A DNA stretch of 64,000 bases. It comes from Syntrophorhabdaceae bacterium. Its GTDB lineage: Bacteria; Desulfobacterota; Syntrophorhabdia; Syntrophorhabdales; Syntrophorhabdaceae. This document shows positions 29,306 to 38,890 of the stretch, piece after piece. A program made the position numbers and the translations under genes. The DNA is taken from the NCBI GenBank assembly GCA_963665295.1, contig OY762209.1, positions 4,512,001 to 4,576,000 on the forward strand. Reading direction: 5' to 3'. Below the pieces are notes generated by a model. It ran no database searches. It was not told the DNA's origin and saw only the letters and a list, made by a program, of their open reading frames with translations. Position 1 is the stretch's first letter. Each line of letters begins with the position of its first letter.

Positions 29306-30778
29306 CTAACGTACCGCCACGACCGAGTCTGAAATCCAGCCTTCTTTGGTGCCGTAAAGAATGACCATGTACCATTTCCGGCCGTCCTTCCCTTCCTGGT
29401 CACCTACAATCTTAATCGTCTCATTTCTGGGAATAAGGCCTATCCTGGGCGACCTAAGGTCCGGCGCGCTCCGTATAATCGCCCCATCCGCGACGACTGT
29501 GGCAGTCCTTTCAGGGATACCGGGCTTCTCCGCTTCTTTTGTCTCGCCCTTGCTTCCGGAAACGTCCGCCTTGCTGTCCGCGGGAGGCGCAGCCTCTCCC
29601 GCGTCAGGCTTCGGAACCTCATTGTCGGGGACGACCTTCGCCGGTGGTTCCGGTTTCGGCGCCTCCGTGGCCGCAATCTTCCTTGTGGTAAGCGAAGGGG
29701 ACAGGTAATGGTAACCCGCTATGGAGGCAACGATAATGGAAAGCACGGCCAGCACAATGAACACGAGTCTGGGGCGGGCCGCCTTCTCGGCTTTATTACC
29801 CGCCGGCACCGCCTGAGGGCCGCTCTCGGGGTATTCGGGGCGCTTCCACGGCGGTCTCTCCGGGCCCCTTTCCACTGTCGATACACTATGCAGCGAAGGT
29901 CCTCGCTCAGGGCGGTTCTCTTCTCTCACGTAGGGAAGGCTCTCCCCCTGGCCCGACATGGCGTTAATGGCCTTTGAAACCTCTTTGAAACCCACCTTTC
30001 CCGCCTGGTTGGTGTACCCGACCAGGAGAGAAAGGTCGGAAAGGGCAATCACCGTCCGGGGCGAACCCCTGGAGTACCTGTGTATTATCTCGAGGGCATC
30101 CTCAGAGAATATCTCCCGGCCTTCTTCGAGTCCTGTCTGACGGAGGCGGTACTGGATAAGCTCCCTCGTCTCCTGGAGCTTCAGGGGCACGAAATAGTAT
30201 CTCACCGGTAACCTCTGCCAGAACTCGGGCATGTTCTTAATCGTATGCCACAACGTCCTCTGCCCGGAAAGGATGAAGGTATGGAGATACTCATTCCTGT
30301 ACGTGAGATTTATCAGTATTCTCAATTCCTGCAAGACATCGGGGGCCTCGCACAGCAACTGCCCCTCATCGACGACAATAATGCTCCTCCCCCCCTGTTC
30401 CTTTGCCTGGATCAGGGCATCCTTCAGGATGGCAAGGTTCTTAAGCTTATCTTCTCCCACGGACAGGCCCGATATCTCACCGGCAATCTGTGCGATCATC
30501 TGGGAAGAACTCAGGGTGGGGTGATCGACATAGGCGTACCTGAAAGCATCCCCGAGACTTCCCTTCATGTCATCGATAAGCTTGAGAAGGAGCGTTGTTT
30601 TCCCGAGGCCTGCGTCCTCCGACACGATCAGCACACCCCCCTTGCCTGTATTGATCGCGTATTTAACCCGCTCGAGACACTCGTAGTACTGGCCCGTGAC
30701 ACACATCATTCTGCTGTCCGGAGCCAACAGAAACGGGTGGTTCGTGAGTCCCCAGTATTCCAGGTATTCTTCAATCAT
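29306..30778 (-). CDS. ExeA/GspA-like AAA ATPase with TM helix, Pro-rich linker and C-terminal SH3b-like domain
   Basis: YLEYWGL..HPF, AGLGKTTL, VVDEGQ, LSGQ, SRGSPR; C-terminal IRSAP..WY..EGWI. Confidence 0.85.
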   Translation of the reverse strand: MIEEYLEYWGLTNHPFLLAPDSRMMCVTGQYYECLERVKYAINTGKGGVLIVSEDAGLGKTTLLLKLIDDMKGSLGDAFRYAYVDHPTLSSSQMIAQIAGEISGLSVGEDKLKNLAILKDALIQAKEQGGRSIIVVDEGQLLCEAPDVLQELRILINLTYRNEYLHTFILSGQRTLWHTIKNMPEFWQRLPVRYYFVPLKLQETRELIQYRLRQTGLEEGREIFSEDALEIIHRYSRGSPRTVIALSDLSLLVGYTNQAGKVGFKEVSKAINAMSGQGESLPYVREENRPERGPSLHSVSTVERGPERPPWKRPEYPESGPQAVPAGNKAEKAARPRLVFIVLAVLSIIVASIAGYHYLSPSLTTRKIAATEAPKPEPPAKVVPDNEVPKPDAGEAAPPADSKADVSGSKGETKEAEKPGIPERTATVVADGAIIRSAPDLRSPRIGLIPRNETIKIVGDQEGKDGRKWYMVILYGTKEGWISDSVVAVR

Positions 30779-31392
30779 GGTTTGCAGCTTTTGTCCGGCA
30801 CGTACCCTATCTTAATCGCATCCATGCGGTTCCTGAAAATAATCTTGCTTTTCTCGGGCACTTTTGAAGCCGCCTTGCACGACGGCCTATGGAGTACATA
30901 TGACCTCTTATTTCCTATATAGTAACGCTCCGTATCCTTCTTCTTTTCCTGCCAGAGCCCCCTCTCCTCTTCCATCGCCTTATGCTGGTAATCAACGAGC
31001 ATATCCTTATACCTGGTGTTGGGACCCTTCACTGCCGCCTTGGCGCAACCGTTTTTCACAAGCTCACCGTTGACAAAAACATTCTTCACAAAAACGTATG
31101 CGAGGATCCTGCCACGGTGGTCCTTCTTCTCCGTATCAAATTCGAGTCGGACCTTCTTCAGCAACACAAGTTTCTTGTTGTATTTCGCCGCTTCCCTGGC
31201 AAAGAACTCGCTCCCGCCCTCCTTCAAAAACAACTCCGGGGCCTGTATCCCGAGATATTTCACTGTCTCCCCTGTTTCGAGTTGGATTGTATCCCCGTCT
31301 ATGATCTTTCTCACTATATACTCCTTCCCGTAGGAGGCACTACTTGCAAAGAGAAGGCACATAAATAGGGCAATTCCGATAGCACGTCTCAT
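30775..31392 (-). CDS. Exported thermonuclease (SNase) family protein with Ada-like metal-binding C-terminus
   Basis: Signal peptide; IIDGDTI, GRILAYV, NGELVKNG, RGLW; tail YIGNK..HRPSC..GYVPDKSCKP. Confidence 0.85.
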   Translation of the reverse strand: MRRAIGIALFMCLLFASSASYGKEYIVRKIIDGDTIQLETGETVKYLGIQAPELFLKEGGSEFFAREAAKYNKKLVLLKKVRLEFDTEKKDHRGRILAYVFVKNVFVNGELVKNGCAKAAVKGPNTRYKDMLVDYQHKAMEEERGLWQEKKKDTERYYIGNKRSYVLHRPSCKAASKVPEKSKIIFRNRMDAIKIGYVPDKSCKP

Positions 31393-31481
31393 AATGAAAG
31401 ATTTTACAATATTTTCGTTCTATGATAAACAACTATCAATGAGCAGCCAAATCCGTAGCAGAAAGGAGTCCCGTTCTTTCC

Positions 31482-32024
31482 ATGAGGAAACCCGTCCGTT
31501 CATCGTCCCTTCTCGTCAGCCTTCTCTTGCTCGCTTCTTTGTTCCCCGGTGCGGCCATGGCAGACCAGCAGTCGGTATCCATTGGGTACGGTCTTGGAAT
31601 TCTCAATAACGACGCTCAGATAGGTCATCTGTGGTATAACGGGTATTATGACTTTGCCCAGGTTAATTACGGCTACGAAAAACAACTTTCCGGCAAAATC
31701 AACCTCCTCCTTGAACCGTTCGCGGCATTTATAAACAGGCCGACCGCAGGTCTCGATGTAGGATTCGGTCTCTCCGCAAAATATTATTTCGGCAGTCAGA
31801 ATCACCGGGGCTTTTTTGTTACCGCAGGCACGGGCGCAGTATATACGACCCTCAACTTCGAGGAACAGGGTACGCACGGCCTGTTTATCCTTCAGGGAGG
31901 GATAGGCTACCAGTGGAAAGAGCTTTTCGTGGAAAGCAGGCTCAGGCATTACTCCAACGCGGGGCTTGCGAGCCCCAATAAGTCTGTAAACGCAAGCACT
32001 TTCAACGTAGGCTACGCGTTTTAA
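31482..32024 (+). CDS. PagL-like lipid A 3-O-deacylase / acyloxyacyl hydrolase outer-membrane beta-barrel
   Basis: Signal peptide, RHYSNAG (HxSN) catalytic motif, C-terminal Phe. Confidence 0.82.
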   Translation: MRKPVRSSSLLVSLLLLASLFPGAAMADQQSVSIGYGLGILNNDAQIGHLWYNGYYDFAQVNYGYEKQLSGKINLLLEPFAAFINRPTAGLDVGFGLSAKYYFGSQNHRGFFVTAGTGAVYTTLNFEEQGTHGLFILQGGIGYQWKELFVESRLRHYSNAGLASPNKSVNASTFNVGYAF

Positions 32025-32025
32025 C

Positions 32026-33946
32026 CCGAAGTTCCCCCTGTGAAATCCCCCCAATATCACTCTATCCCGTTGAAATGACGGGAATAGGGTGATAATCATA
32101 TCTTCTACTTGTTGCCATGTAATAGTGCATTATGTACTTGACATGTAGGTAAGCTATTTGCTATATATGTTCCATGTACATCGAAAGCATCCCCAACCGC
32201 AACTCCCGGCCCGCCATCCTCTTGAGGGAGGCATGGAGGGAAGGCAAAAAGATAAAGAAGAAGACAGTCGCAAACCTCACTGATTGGCCGGAAGAGAAGA
32301 TCGAGCTCTTGAGGCGTGTATTGAAAGGGGAGTCTCTCGTCTCTCCGAAGGAAGCCTTTAAGGTTGAGCAGTCTCTCCCCCACGGCCATGTGGAGGCCAT
32401 ACTCGGGACAATAAAGAAGCTTGGCCTTGATACGGTCATTGCCTCGAAGCCTGGAAGGGAGAGAGACCTCGTAATCGCCATGATCGTGGAACGCCTCATC
32501 CACCCCTCATCGAAATTAGCAACTACGAGGCTCTGGCATACTACTTCGGTGGCGGAGGAACTCTCGGTTGCAGATGCCGATGAGGACGAACTCTATGATG
32601 CCCTGGACTGGCTTTTGGCAAGACAGGAGCGGATCGAGAAGAAGCTGGCGAATAAGCACCTTACCGAGGGCTCGCTCGTGCTCTACGATGTGACGAGCAG
32701 TTACTACGAGGGCCACACCTGTCCCCTTGCGCAGTTCGGCCATGACCGGGATGAAAAGGGAAAGAGGATCATCGTCTATGGAGTACTCACCGATCACGAA
32801 GGCCGACCTGTTGCAGTTACCGTCTATCCGGGGAATACGGGCGATCCCTCTACCATTCCCGACCAGACGGCAAAGCTCAAAGAAAGATTCGGTCTCGATC
32901 ACCTCGTCCTCGTGGGCGACAGGGGCATGCTTACGGAGACACAGATTACAAAGATAAAGGAGATGCCCGGCATAGGGTGGATATCGGCCCTCAGGTCTTC
33001 CGCCATACGCGAGCTTGTGGGACAGGGGAGCATCCAGATGTCCCTCTTCGATACCCAGGACTTTGCGGAAATCACCTCTCCCGAGTATCCGGGGGAAAGG
33101 CTCATCGCTTGCTTCAACCCCCTTCTTGCCGAAGAGAGAAAGAGGAAAAGAAACGCGCTCCTCGATGTGACGGAAAAGAAGTTGTCCTCCATTGTACGGG
33201 CGGTCGGGAGAAGGACAAGGACGCCTCTTTCCGCAGCGGAGATAGGGAAGAAAGTCGGCGCGGTAGTCAACGATCACAAGATGGCGAAGCACTTTATCCT
33301 TACCATCGGAGACGGGTCCTTCTCATTCGCCCGGAACGAGGAGTCAATCACCGAAGAAGAAGCCCTCGACGGGATCTATGTGATCCGTACGAGTGAACCA
33401 GCCCTTCCTCCCGCCGATGTGGTACGGAACTACAAGAACCTTGCCCGGGTAGAGCGGGCCTTCAGGACCTTGAAGGGCATCGATCTTCTCGTCCGTCCCA
33501 TTCACCACCGTACCGAGGATCACGTGCGAGCCCACATCTTTCTCTGCACCCTCGCCTATTACGTAGAGTGGCATATGAGGGAGGCCCTTACGCCGCTGCT
33601 CTTCGACGATGAGGAGCTTCCCCTCTCACGAACGACGAGAGACCCGGTAAAGCCCGCGGAGTCATCTTCTTCCGCAAAGAAAAAGAAGACCACCAAGCTC
33701 ACCCCTGACGGCCTTCCCGTCCAGAGCTTCCGTACCCTCCTTGCCGCACTGGGGACCCGATGCAAAAACCGGTGCAGGATGGTTTTGGACTCCATGGCCC
33801 CGGCCTTCACCCTTCTTACTGATCCGACACCTCTCCAGGCCCGCGCCCTTGCCCTCCTCGGACTGTAGCCAGTAACGGGAAATCAATTTCTGCCATAATC
33901 ATTGGAATATCAAGGTGATGGGTTAATATTGGGCGGGGAACTTCAG
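32026..33946 (+). mobile_element. IS1634-family insertion sequence, 1921 bp, with 6-bp target site duplication TTTAAC
   Basis: Left IR CCGAAGTTCCCC (32026-32037), right IR GGGGAACTTCAG (33935-33946, 11/12 match); TTTAAC at 32020-32025 and 33947-33952. Confidence 0.92.
32174..33868 (+). CDS. IS1634 family DDE transposase
   Basis: LYDVTSSYYEG, VGDRGM, LDGIYVIRT, YKNLARVERAFRTLK, RPIHH..HVRAHIFLC. Confidence 0.93.
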   Translation: MYIESIPNRNSRPAILLREAWREGKKIKKKTVANLTDWPEEKIELLRRVLKGESLVSPKEAFKVEQSLPHGHVEAILGTIKKLGLDTVIASKPGRERDLVIAMIVERLIHPSSKLATTRLWHTTSVAEELSVADADEDELYDALDWLLARQERIEKKLANKHLTEGSLVLYDVTSSYYEGHTCPLAQFGHDRDEKGKRIIVYGVLTDHEGRPVAVTVYPGNTGDPSTIPDQTAKLKERFGLDHLVLVGDRGMLTETQITKIKEMPGIGWISALRSSAIRELVGQGSIQMSLFDTQDFAEITSPEYPGERLIACFNPLLAEERKRKRNALLDVTEKKLSSIVRAVGRRTRTPLSAAEIGKKVGAVVNDHKMAKHFILTIGDGSFSFARNEESITEEEALDGIYVIRTSEPALPPADVVRNYKNLARVERAFRTLKGIDLLVRPIHHRTEDHVRAHIFLCTLAYYVEWHMREALTPLLFDDEELPLSRTTRDPVKPAESSSSAKKKKTTKLTPDGLPVQSFRTLLAALGTRCKNRCRMVLDSMAPAFTLLTDPTPLQARALALLGL

Positions 33947-33968
33947 TTTAACAGGCAGTCCACACGAT

Positions 33969-33999
33969 AAAAAAGTGGAGCGGGTCAAACCCGCTCCAC
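33969..33999 (-). terminator. Rho-independent terminator of the hbd-crt-thiolase operon
   Basis: 11-bp perfect stem GTGGAGCGGGT/ACCCGCTCCAC with U6 tail on the minus strand. Confidence 0.85.
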
Positions 34000-34028
34000 C
34001 GGATGTTCGCGTATCTGTTGAGTCTCGC

Positions 34029-34526
34029 CTACTTTACAGGTTCGAAGGCAAAGAATACTCTTTCAGACATGATCGTACCTGCTCTTCCCTTCTCGATCGG
34101 GAATGCGGGAACCTCAAATACTGCGAGCTTTACTTCCGAGCCCTGTTTCAGGAAACCAACTTCGCAGTTGATGATCCTGGTAAGCAGTCTTCTCACCGGG
34201 TCTACGCCCAGGTCGACTACTGCGTGGATAAGAGGAGACTGGAATCCCAGGGGGACTCCCTTTACCTCTTCGGAGAAAACGACTACCTTACCCACTGTGG
34301 GAAGGTCTACGTACTCCAGTTCTTCGGAGTAGCACTCCGGGCAGATCACCCCTCTGGGGGGATACGCCACGTGGCCGCACTTTTTGCACTTCGTTGTGGT
34401 AAATCTGCCCTGTCTCAGGTTCTCATAGAACGGATATACCTTGTTGAACTCTTTTGCCTCTATGGGCCACATATCCATTGTTACGGGATATAGGTCTTCA
34501 AGTATTGGGATTCCTAATACAGACAT
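34029..34526 (-). CDS. Zn-ribbon/OB-fold (DUF35, ChsH2-like) thiolase partner
   Basis: CKKCGHVAYPPR..CPEC followed by OB-fold-like region; adjacent to thiolase. Confidence 0.9.
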   Translation of the reverse strand: MSVLGIPILEDLYPVTMDMWPIEAKEFNKVYPFYENLRQGRFTTTKCKKCGHVAYPPRGVICPECYSEELEYVDLPTVGKVVVFSEEVKGVPLGFQSPLIHAVVDLGVDPVRRLLTRIINCEVGFLKQGSEVKLAVFEVPAFPIEKGRAGTIMSERVFFAFEPVK

Positions 34527-34536
34527 GTTATCCTCC

Positions 34537-35724
34537 TTATTTTACTGGCGTTTTACCATAGATTACGATGGTATGTTCCGCATTCGCTCCGCTCAGGTTA
34601 TGAGTAAGCCCGATGTCGGCATCCTTAACCTGGTGACGTGCCCTGCCCTGAAGCTGTCTCATGATTTCAACGCCCTGCCTGATGCCTGTTGCACCGAAAG
34701 GATGACCGACAGCGAGGAGTCCACCGTCAGTATTTACAGGAACCTTTCCGCCGATTTCTATCTGCTTGGAGCTGCAGAACGCTCCGCCCTCACCCTTGGC
34801 ACAGAAGCCGAGCTCTTCCACTTCGATAACTTCGGAAATGGTGAAGCAGTCATGGGTCTGGGCAACTTTAACGTCGTTAGGCGTTACTTTCGCTCTTGCA
34901 TATGCCTTCTCCGCTGCCATTCTGGTGTGTTTCCAGTCACCATAGTGGGCGCCAGGGAAGTTGGCCGATACGCTGCCCAAACAAACCTGCGCAGTACCTC
35001 TGAGATAAACCAGAGGTCTCTCGGGGACGAGCCGTTTCGCGATCTCTTCCGTGGTGATGATACATGCCGCGGCGCCATCCGTGATCGGGCAGCAATCATA
35101 AAGTGTAAGGGGCGGCACAACGATAGGTGCGCCCATCGCTTCTTCAAGAGTGAGAGGCTTGTTCATCTGGGCTACGGGGTTCGTGGCAGCGTAGTTGTAG
35201 TTTGCCACTGAAACCGCAGCGAGATCCTCTTTCTTGGTGCCATAGTGCATCATGTGCTCCTGAGCCGTCAATGCGAAAAATGGTGGCGGGAGACCCATAC
35301 CGTGGACGCCGTCCCAATCGTGATCGACTGATGCGAGTTCGCTGTAGAAAACTTCCCATTTCTGGGGAGTATACAGCTTCTCACCGCCGGTCACCATCAC
35401 GATGTCCGCGTTTCCCGACTCAACGAGGCCTTTTGCCAGCACGATACCCGTGCTGCCGCCGGCGCACAATACGTCGATTCTTACGCAGATTGAGGTGGGT
35501 TTCAGACCGCATCTCTCTGCGATAACCGGAGCCGTGTTTACCTGGAAGGAACATCTTCCTGCATACGAAGAAGCAACAATGAGGCCGTCGATGTCTTTCG
35601 GCTTAAGGGCCGGAATCTCATCCATACAGGCCTTAGCTGCTTCCTGGAACAGGTCGACTATGTGGGCCTCACGTACGCCCCACTTACTCTGACCGCCTGC
35701 AACTATGCATGCATTTCTTGCCAT
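34537..35724 (-). CDS. SCP2-type thiolase family protein
   Basis: LCAGG, DGAAA, HDCF, GHPFGATG, HNLSG. Confidence 0.9.
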   Translation of the reverse strand: MARNACIVAGGQSKWGVREAHIVDLFQEAAKACMDEIPALKPKDIDGLIVASSYAGRCSFQVNTAPVIAERCGLKPTSICVRIDVLCAGGSTGIVLAKGLVESGNADIVMVTGGEKLYTPQKWEVFYSELASVDHDWDGVHGMGLPPPFFALTAQEHMMHYGTKKEDLAAVSVANYNYAATNPVAQMNKPLTLEEAMGAPIVVPPLTLYDCCPITDGAAACIITTEEIAKRLVPERPLVYLRGTAQVCLGSVSANFPGAHYGDWKHTRMAAEKAYARAKVTPNDVKVAQTHDCFTISEVIEVEELGFCAKGEGGAFCSSKQIEIGGKVPVNTDGGLLAVGHPFGATGIRQGVEIMRQLQGRARHQVKDADIGLTHNLSGANAEHTIVIYGKTPVK

Positions 35725-35754
35725 ACAATCCTCCTTAACATTAGTTAAATCACT

Positions 35755-36537
35755 TTATTTGCCTTTGTAGACAGGCTTTCTTTTCTCCGAAAAAGCATTC
35801 ACCCCTTCTCTGCCGTCCTCCGAAGTGAAGGCTATGGCAAAACAGTCCATCTCCAACGTCAAGCCGGAACTGAGATCCATATTAAGCCCGTTATCCACGC
35901 ACTTCTTTATCAGTGCCATGCCCACTTTCGGTTTGGCTGCCAGTTTCTTGGCGAATGCCTTTGCTTCTTCCATCAGTTTATCCTTGGGGACTACCTTGTT
36001 CACGAGACCGACGCGGTAGGCTTCCTGGGCGTTTATGTTGTCGCCCGTAAGGAGCATCTCTTTCGCTTTCGCGACTCCGATAAGTCTCGGAAGTCTCTGG
36101 GTTGCGCCCGAACCCGGCATGATACCGAGATTGATCTCCGGCAAGCCGAAGATTGCGTCTTCGGAGGCAATTCTAAAATCACAACAGATTGCCACCTCGC
36201 ATCCGCCCCCAAGGGCAAGTCCGAAAACAGCCGCCACTGTCGGTTTCTCCACACCCGTCAGTTTGTCGAAGGTTTTTCGCGGACCTGTCCAAAGAAAACC
36301 GAGGGTTTCCACCGCCGACTTACCCATTACGTCCTTCACGTCGAGTCCTGCGGCGAAGGCTTTGTCTCCTCCGCCCGTTATGATGATGGCGCCAACCTCT
36401 GCGTCACTGTCAAGTTCACTTACCGCCTCGTAGAGTTCCAGGTAGGATTTGACGCTCAGAGGGTTGACCGGGGGTCTGTTCAGTTTGATAATCCCCAGGT
36501 TGTTTTCTCTCTCAACTATTAAAGTCTCATAGCCCAT
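35755..36537 (-). CDS. crt: Enoyl-CoA hydratase (crotonase)
   Basis: AFAAGLD, GGGCE, PEINLGIMPG..TQRL. Confidence 0.92.
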   Translation of the reverse strand: MGYETLIVERENNLGIIKLNRPPVNPLSVKSYLELYEAVSELDSDAEVGAIIITGGGDKAFAAGLDVKDVMGKSAVETLGFLWTGPRKTFDKLTGVEKPTVAAVFGLALGGGCEVAICCDFRIASEDAIFGLPEINLGIMPGSGATQRLPRLIGVAKAKEMLLTGDNINAQEAYRVGLVNKVVPKDKLMEEAKAFAKKLAAKPKVGMALIKKCVDNGLNMDLSSGLTLEMDCFAIAFTSEDGREGVNAFSEKRKPVYKGK

Positions 36538-36560
36538 GTATGCCTCCTGCCCGTCAACTC

Positions 36561-37421
36561 TTACTTGGAGTAATCGTACCAGCCCTTACCCGTTTTTCTA
36601 CCAAGGAGACCTGCTCTTACCATGTTCTTGATGGCAAGTGGGGGATCCCATTTGTTCTCTTTCGGCAGTTCCTTGTAGAAGTAGTCCATAACGTGATAGT
36701 TGATGTCGATGCCGGTGAGGTCCATAAGCTCGAAGGGACCCATCGGGTAGTTAAGTCCGAGTTTGGCCGCTTTGTCGATGTCCTCTTTTGAAGCGATGCC
36801 CTGCTCAAACAACTTGATGGCTTCGATTGCGTTTGCGATCATAAGTCTGTTGGCAAGAAAACCCGGGACGTCAACTCTGACTTCGACAGGCTCTTTGCCC
36901 AGTTTCTTCGCGAGGTCCAAGGTTACTGCCGCTGTCTCGTCACTGGTGCTGACCCCTCTGATAACCTCAACAAGCTTCATGAGTGGAACGGGGTTGAAGA
37001 AGTGCATACCCACGACCTTGTCCGGTCTCTTGGTGGCAGCCGCGATCTCGGTGATCGACATGGAGGAGGTATTAGAGGAAAGAATGACCTCAGGTTTCAC
37101 GATCCCGTCGAGCTCTGCAAAAACCTTCTTCTTCACATCCATGACTTCGATAATGACTTCAACGATAAAATCGGCATCCTTCATCGCTCCGATGTCGGTG
37201 GTGCCTACGATCTTGCCCATGATGCCGTTCTTCTGGTCGGCGCTCATCTTGCCCTTCTCCACCGACTTGGAGAGGAACTTATCGATATTCTTGATGCCGC
37301 CCTGTACGAACCTGTCTTCGATATCTCTCATGATGACGTTATACCCGGCCTGAGCTGCGACCTGGGCAATTCCGTTCCCCATCACACCCGCACCCAATAC
37401 TCCGATAGTTTTAATCTCCAT
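36561..37421 (-). CDS. hbd: 3-hydroxyacyl(butyryl)-CoA dehydrogenase
   Basis: GAGVMGNGIAQ, SNTSS, GMHFFNP, PGFLANR, PMGP, GRKTGKG. Confidence 0.95.
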   Translation of the reverse strand: MEIKTIGVLGAGVMGNGIAQVAAQAGYNVIMRDIEDRFVQGGIKNIDKFLSKSVEKGKMSADQKNGIMGKIVGTTDIGAMKDADFIVEVIIEVMDVKKKVFAELDGIVKPEVILSSNTSSMSITEIAAATKRPDKVVGMHFFNPVPLMKLVEVIRGVSTSDETAAVTLDLAKKLGKEPVEVRVDVPGFLANRLMIANAIEAIKLFEQGIASKEDIDKAAKLGLNYPMGPFELMDLTGIDINYHVMDYFYKELPKENKWDPPLAIKNMVRAGLLGRKTGKGWYDYSK

Positions 37422-37537
37422 CTAAGCCCTCCCGATTAATGTATTTTTTTTGCAGTCAAAAAAAATTCGTATGCACACAAAAAACTATGAGCGTTTATTT
37501 TATACAACAGGCCCCACGGAATAATCAAGCACATTTA

Positions 37538-38503
37538 CTACAATAATTGGTCAATTTCACTGCTGTTTGCGGTAGGTTGCGCCTGTGCCGACCCTCTTGC
37601 CCGCCTCCCCGCCAGGTGGGCAACTCTGACTTTCAGGTTGAGGAGATATGCCTGTTCCGCCTGTTTGATACCCGGGTTCGTGTCGTACTCTTTTGCTTTC
37701 ATAATCGCCGCCACGCGATCAACCGACCCGTCTTCTCCGTCAAGCAGCTCCTCAACCTCGGATTTGAAGCGGAGAGCCGCCTCGGCGGAACGCTCAAAAA
37801 ACTCCTTCACCTGGTCTCCCAGGAATACGAAGTGGTGCCCCTGGCAAAATATCCTGACATCAAGGGCCGCAAGTCGATTCATGGACGCCATGTAATCATC
37901 GAAGTCGACAAGGAACTCGGTGCCGATCCGGCCGTTTTGCCAAAGAACACCCGCCGCCTCGGTTGCCACGAGAATCTTTTCTTCGGGGATATAGTAACTC
38001 AGGAGGTCTGAAGTGTGACCCGGACTCGAAAAGACCCGGATCGCCGACTCTTCCCCCGGGAACAGCGTCTGCCCGTCCTCGAGGACCGATTCCACTTCGA
38101 AGGGCTCAAAGGCTTCCTTTATTAAAAGGTTATGGTCGATGCCGTCAATAGCCTCGACAAGGGGGATAACCTCGCCGCTCAGTCTTTCCATCAATTTCAC
38201 TGCGTTCGGCCGCTTCATGATGGCGGCCGCCTTTCGTGACGCAGCAATCTTCATACCGGGAAAAATCCGTTTGAGGTGCGCCGAGGCTCCACAGTGGTCC
38301 CAGTGAACATGGCTGAGAAAGAGCATTTCCGGCTGCCGGGAACCCAGCACCCCCTTTATGTCCCTCTCGTAGAACTTCCCCATGCAATGGAAACCTGCTT
38401 CAAAGAGGACGGGTCTCTCACCGGCAAAAAGATAGGAAGGAGACCATGGCAGGCCCGTCACATAAAGCCTGTCGCTTACGGGACCTGTTTTCCTGAAAAT
38501 CAA
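37538..38503 (-). CDS. MBL-fold metallo-hydrolase
   Basis: SHVHWDH, PGHT, GH motifs; AGGAG SD with TTG start. Confidence 0.85.
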   Translation of the reverse strand: MIFRKTGPVSDRLYVTGLPWSPSYLFAGERPVLFEAGFHCMGKFYERDIKGVLGSRQPEMLFLSHVHWDHCGASAHLKRIFPGMKIAASRKAAAIMKRPNAVKLMERLSGEVIPLVEAIDGIDHNLLIKEAFEPFEVESVLEDGQTLFPGEESAIRVFSSPGHTSDLLSYYIPEEKILVATEAAGVLWQNGRIGTEFLVDFDDYMASMNRLAALDVRIFCQGHHFVFLGDQVKEFFERSAEAALRFKSEVEELLDGEDGSVDRVAAIMKAKEYDTNPGIKQAEQAYLLNLKVRVAHLAGRRARGSAQAQPTANSSEIDQLL

Positions 38504-38811
38504 TCTTCACTCCTTTGGAACCAGATCTGTCTTTTCAGATAGGAGACGACTCACGGGTTGTCATAATTGTATACTTATCCATGACATTATATCCGACACT
38601 GCGCGAGCCCTCAAGATAAAACTGCAACCCCCGCGCCCTGTGCCATCGGAAGGTCTGGTACAACATGGTTCATCCCCTATATAATAAAGGAGAAAACAGC
38701 CTTTCCGCGGGCAGGCGACACCCGTCTTTCGCTCCATGGATATACGTGAACACCCGTACTGTATCCAGTCGCAATTTCCCGCCCCCTGATTTTCGGACCG
38801 CTAAAAATAAC

Positions 38812-38840
38812 TTGACATGAAAAATATGCTTTGCTAAGAT
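38812..38840 (+). promoter_or_regulatory. Putative sigma70 promoter of the acyl-CoA dehydrogenase operon
   Basis: TTGACA-N17-TAAGAT with TGn extended -10. Confidence 0.65.
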
Positions 38841-38890
38841 ACTTTGTTAATAGTTTCACATTCTTATTAAATTAAAGGGGAGGAATACTT

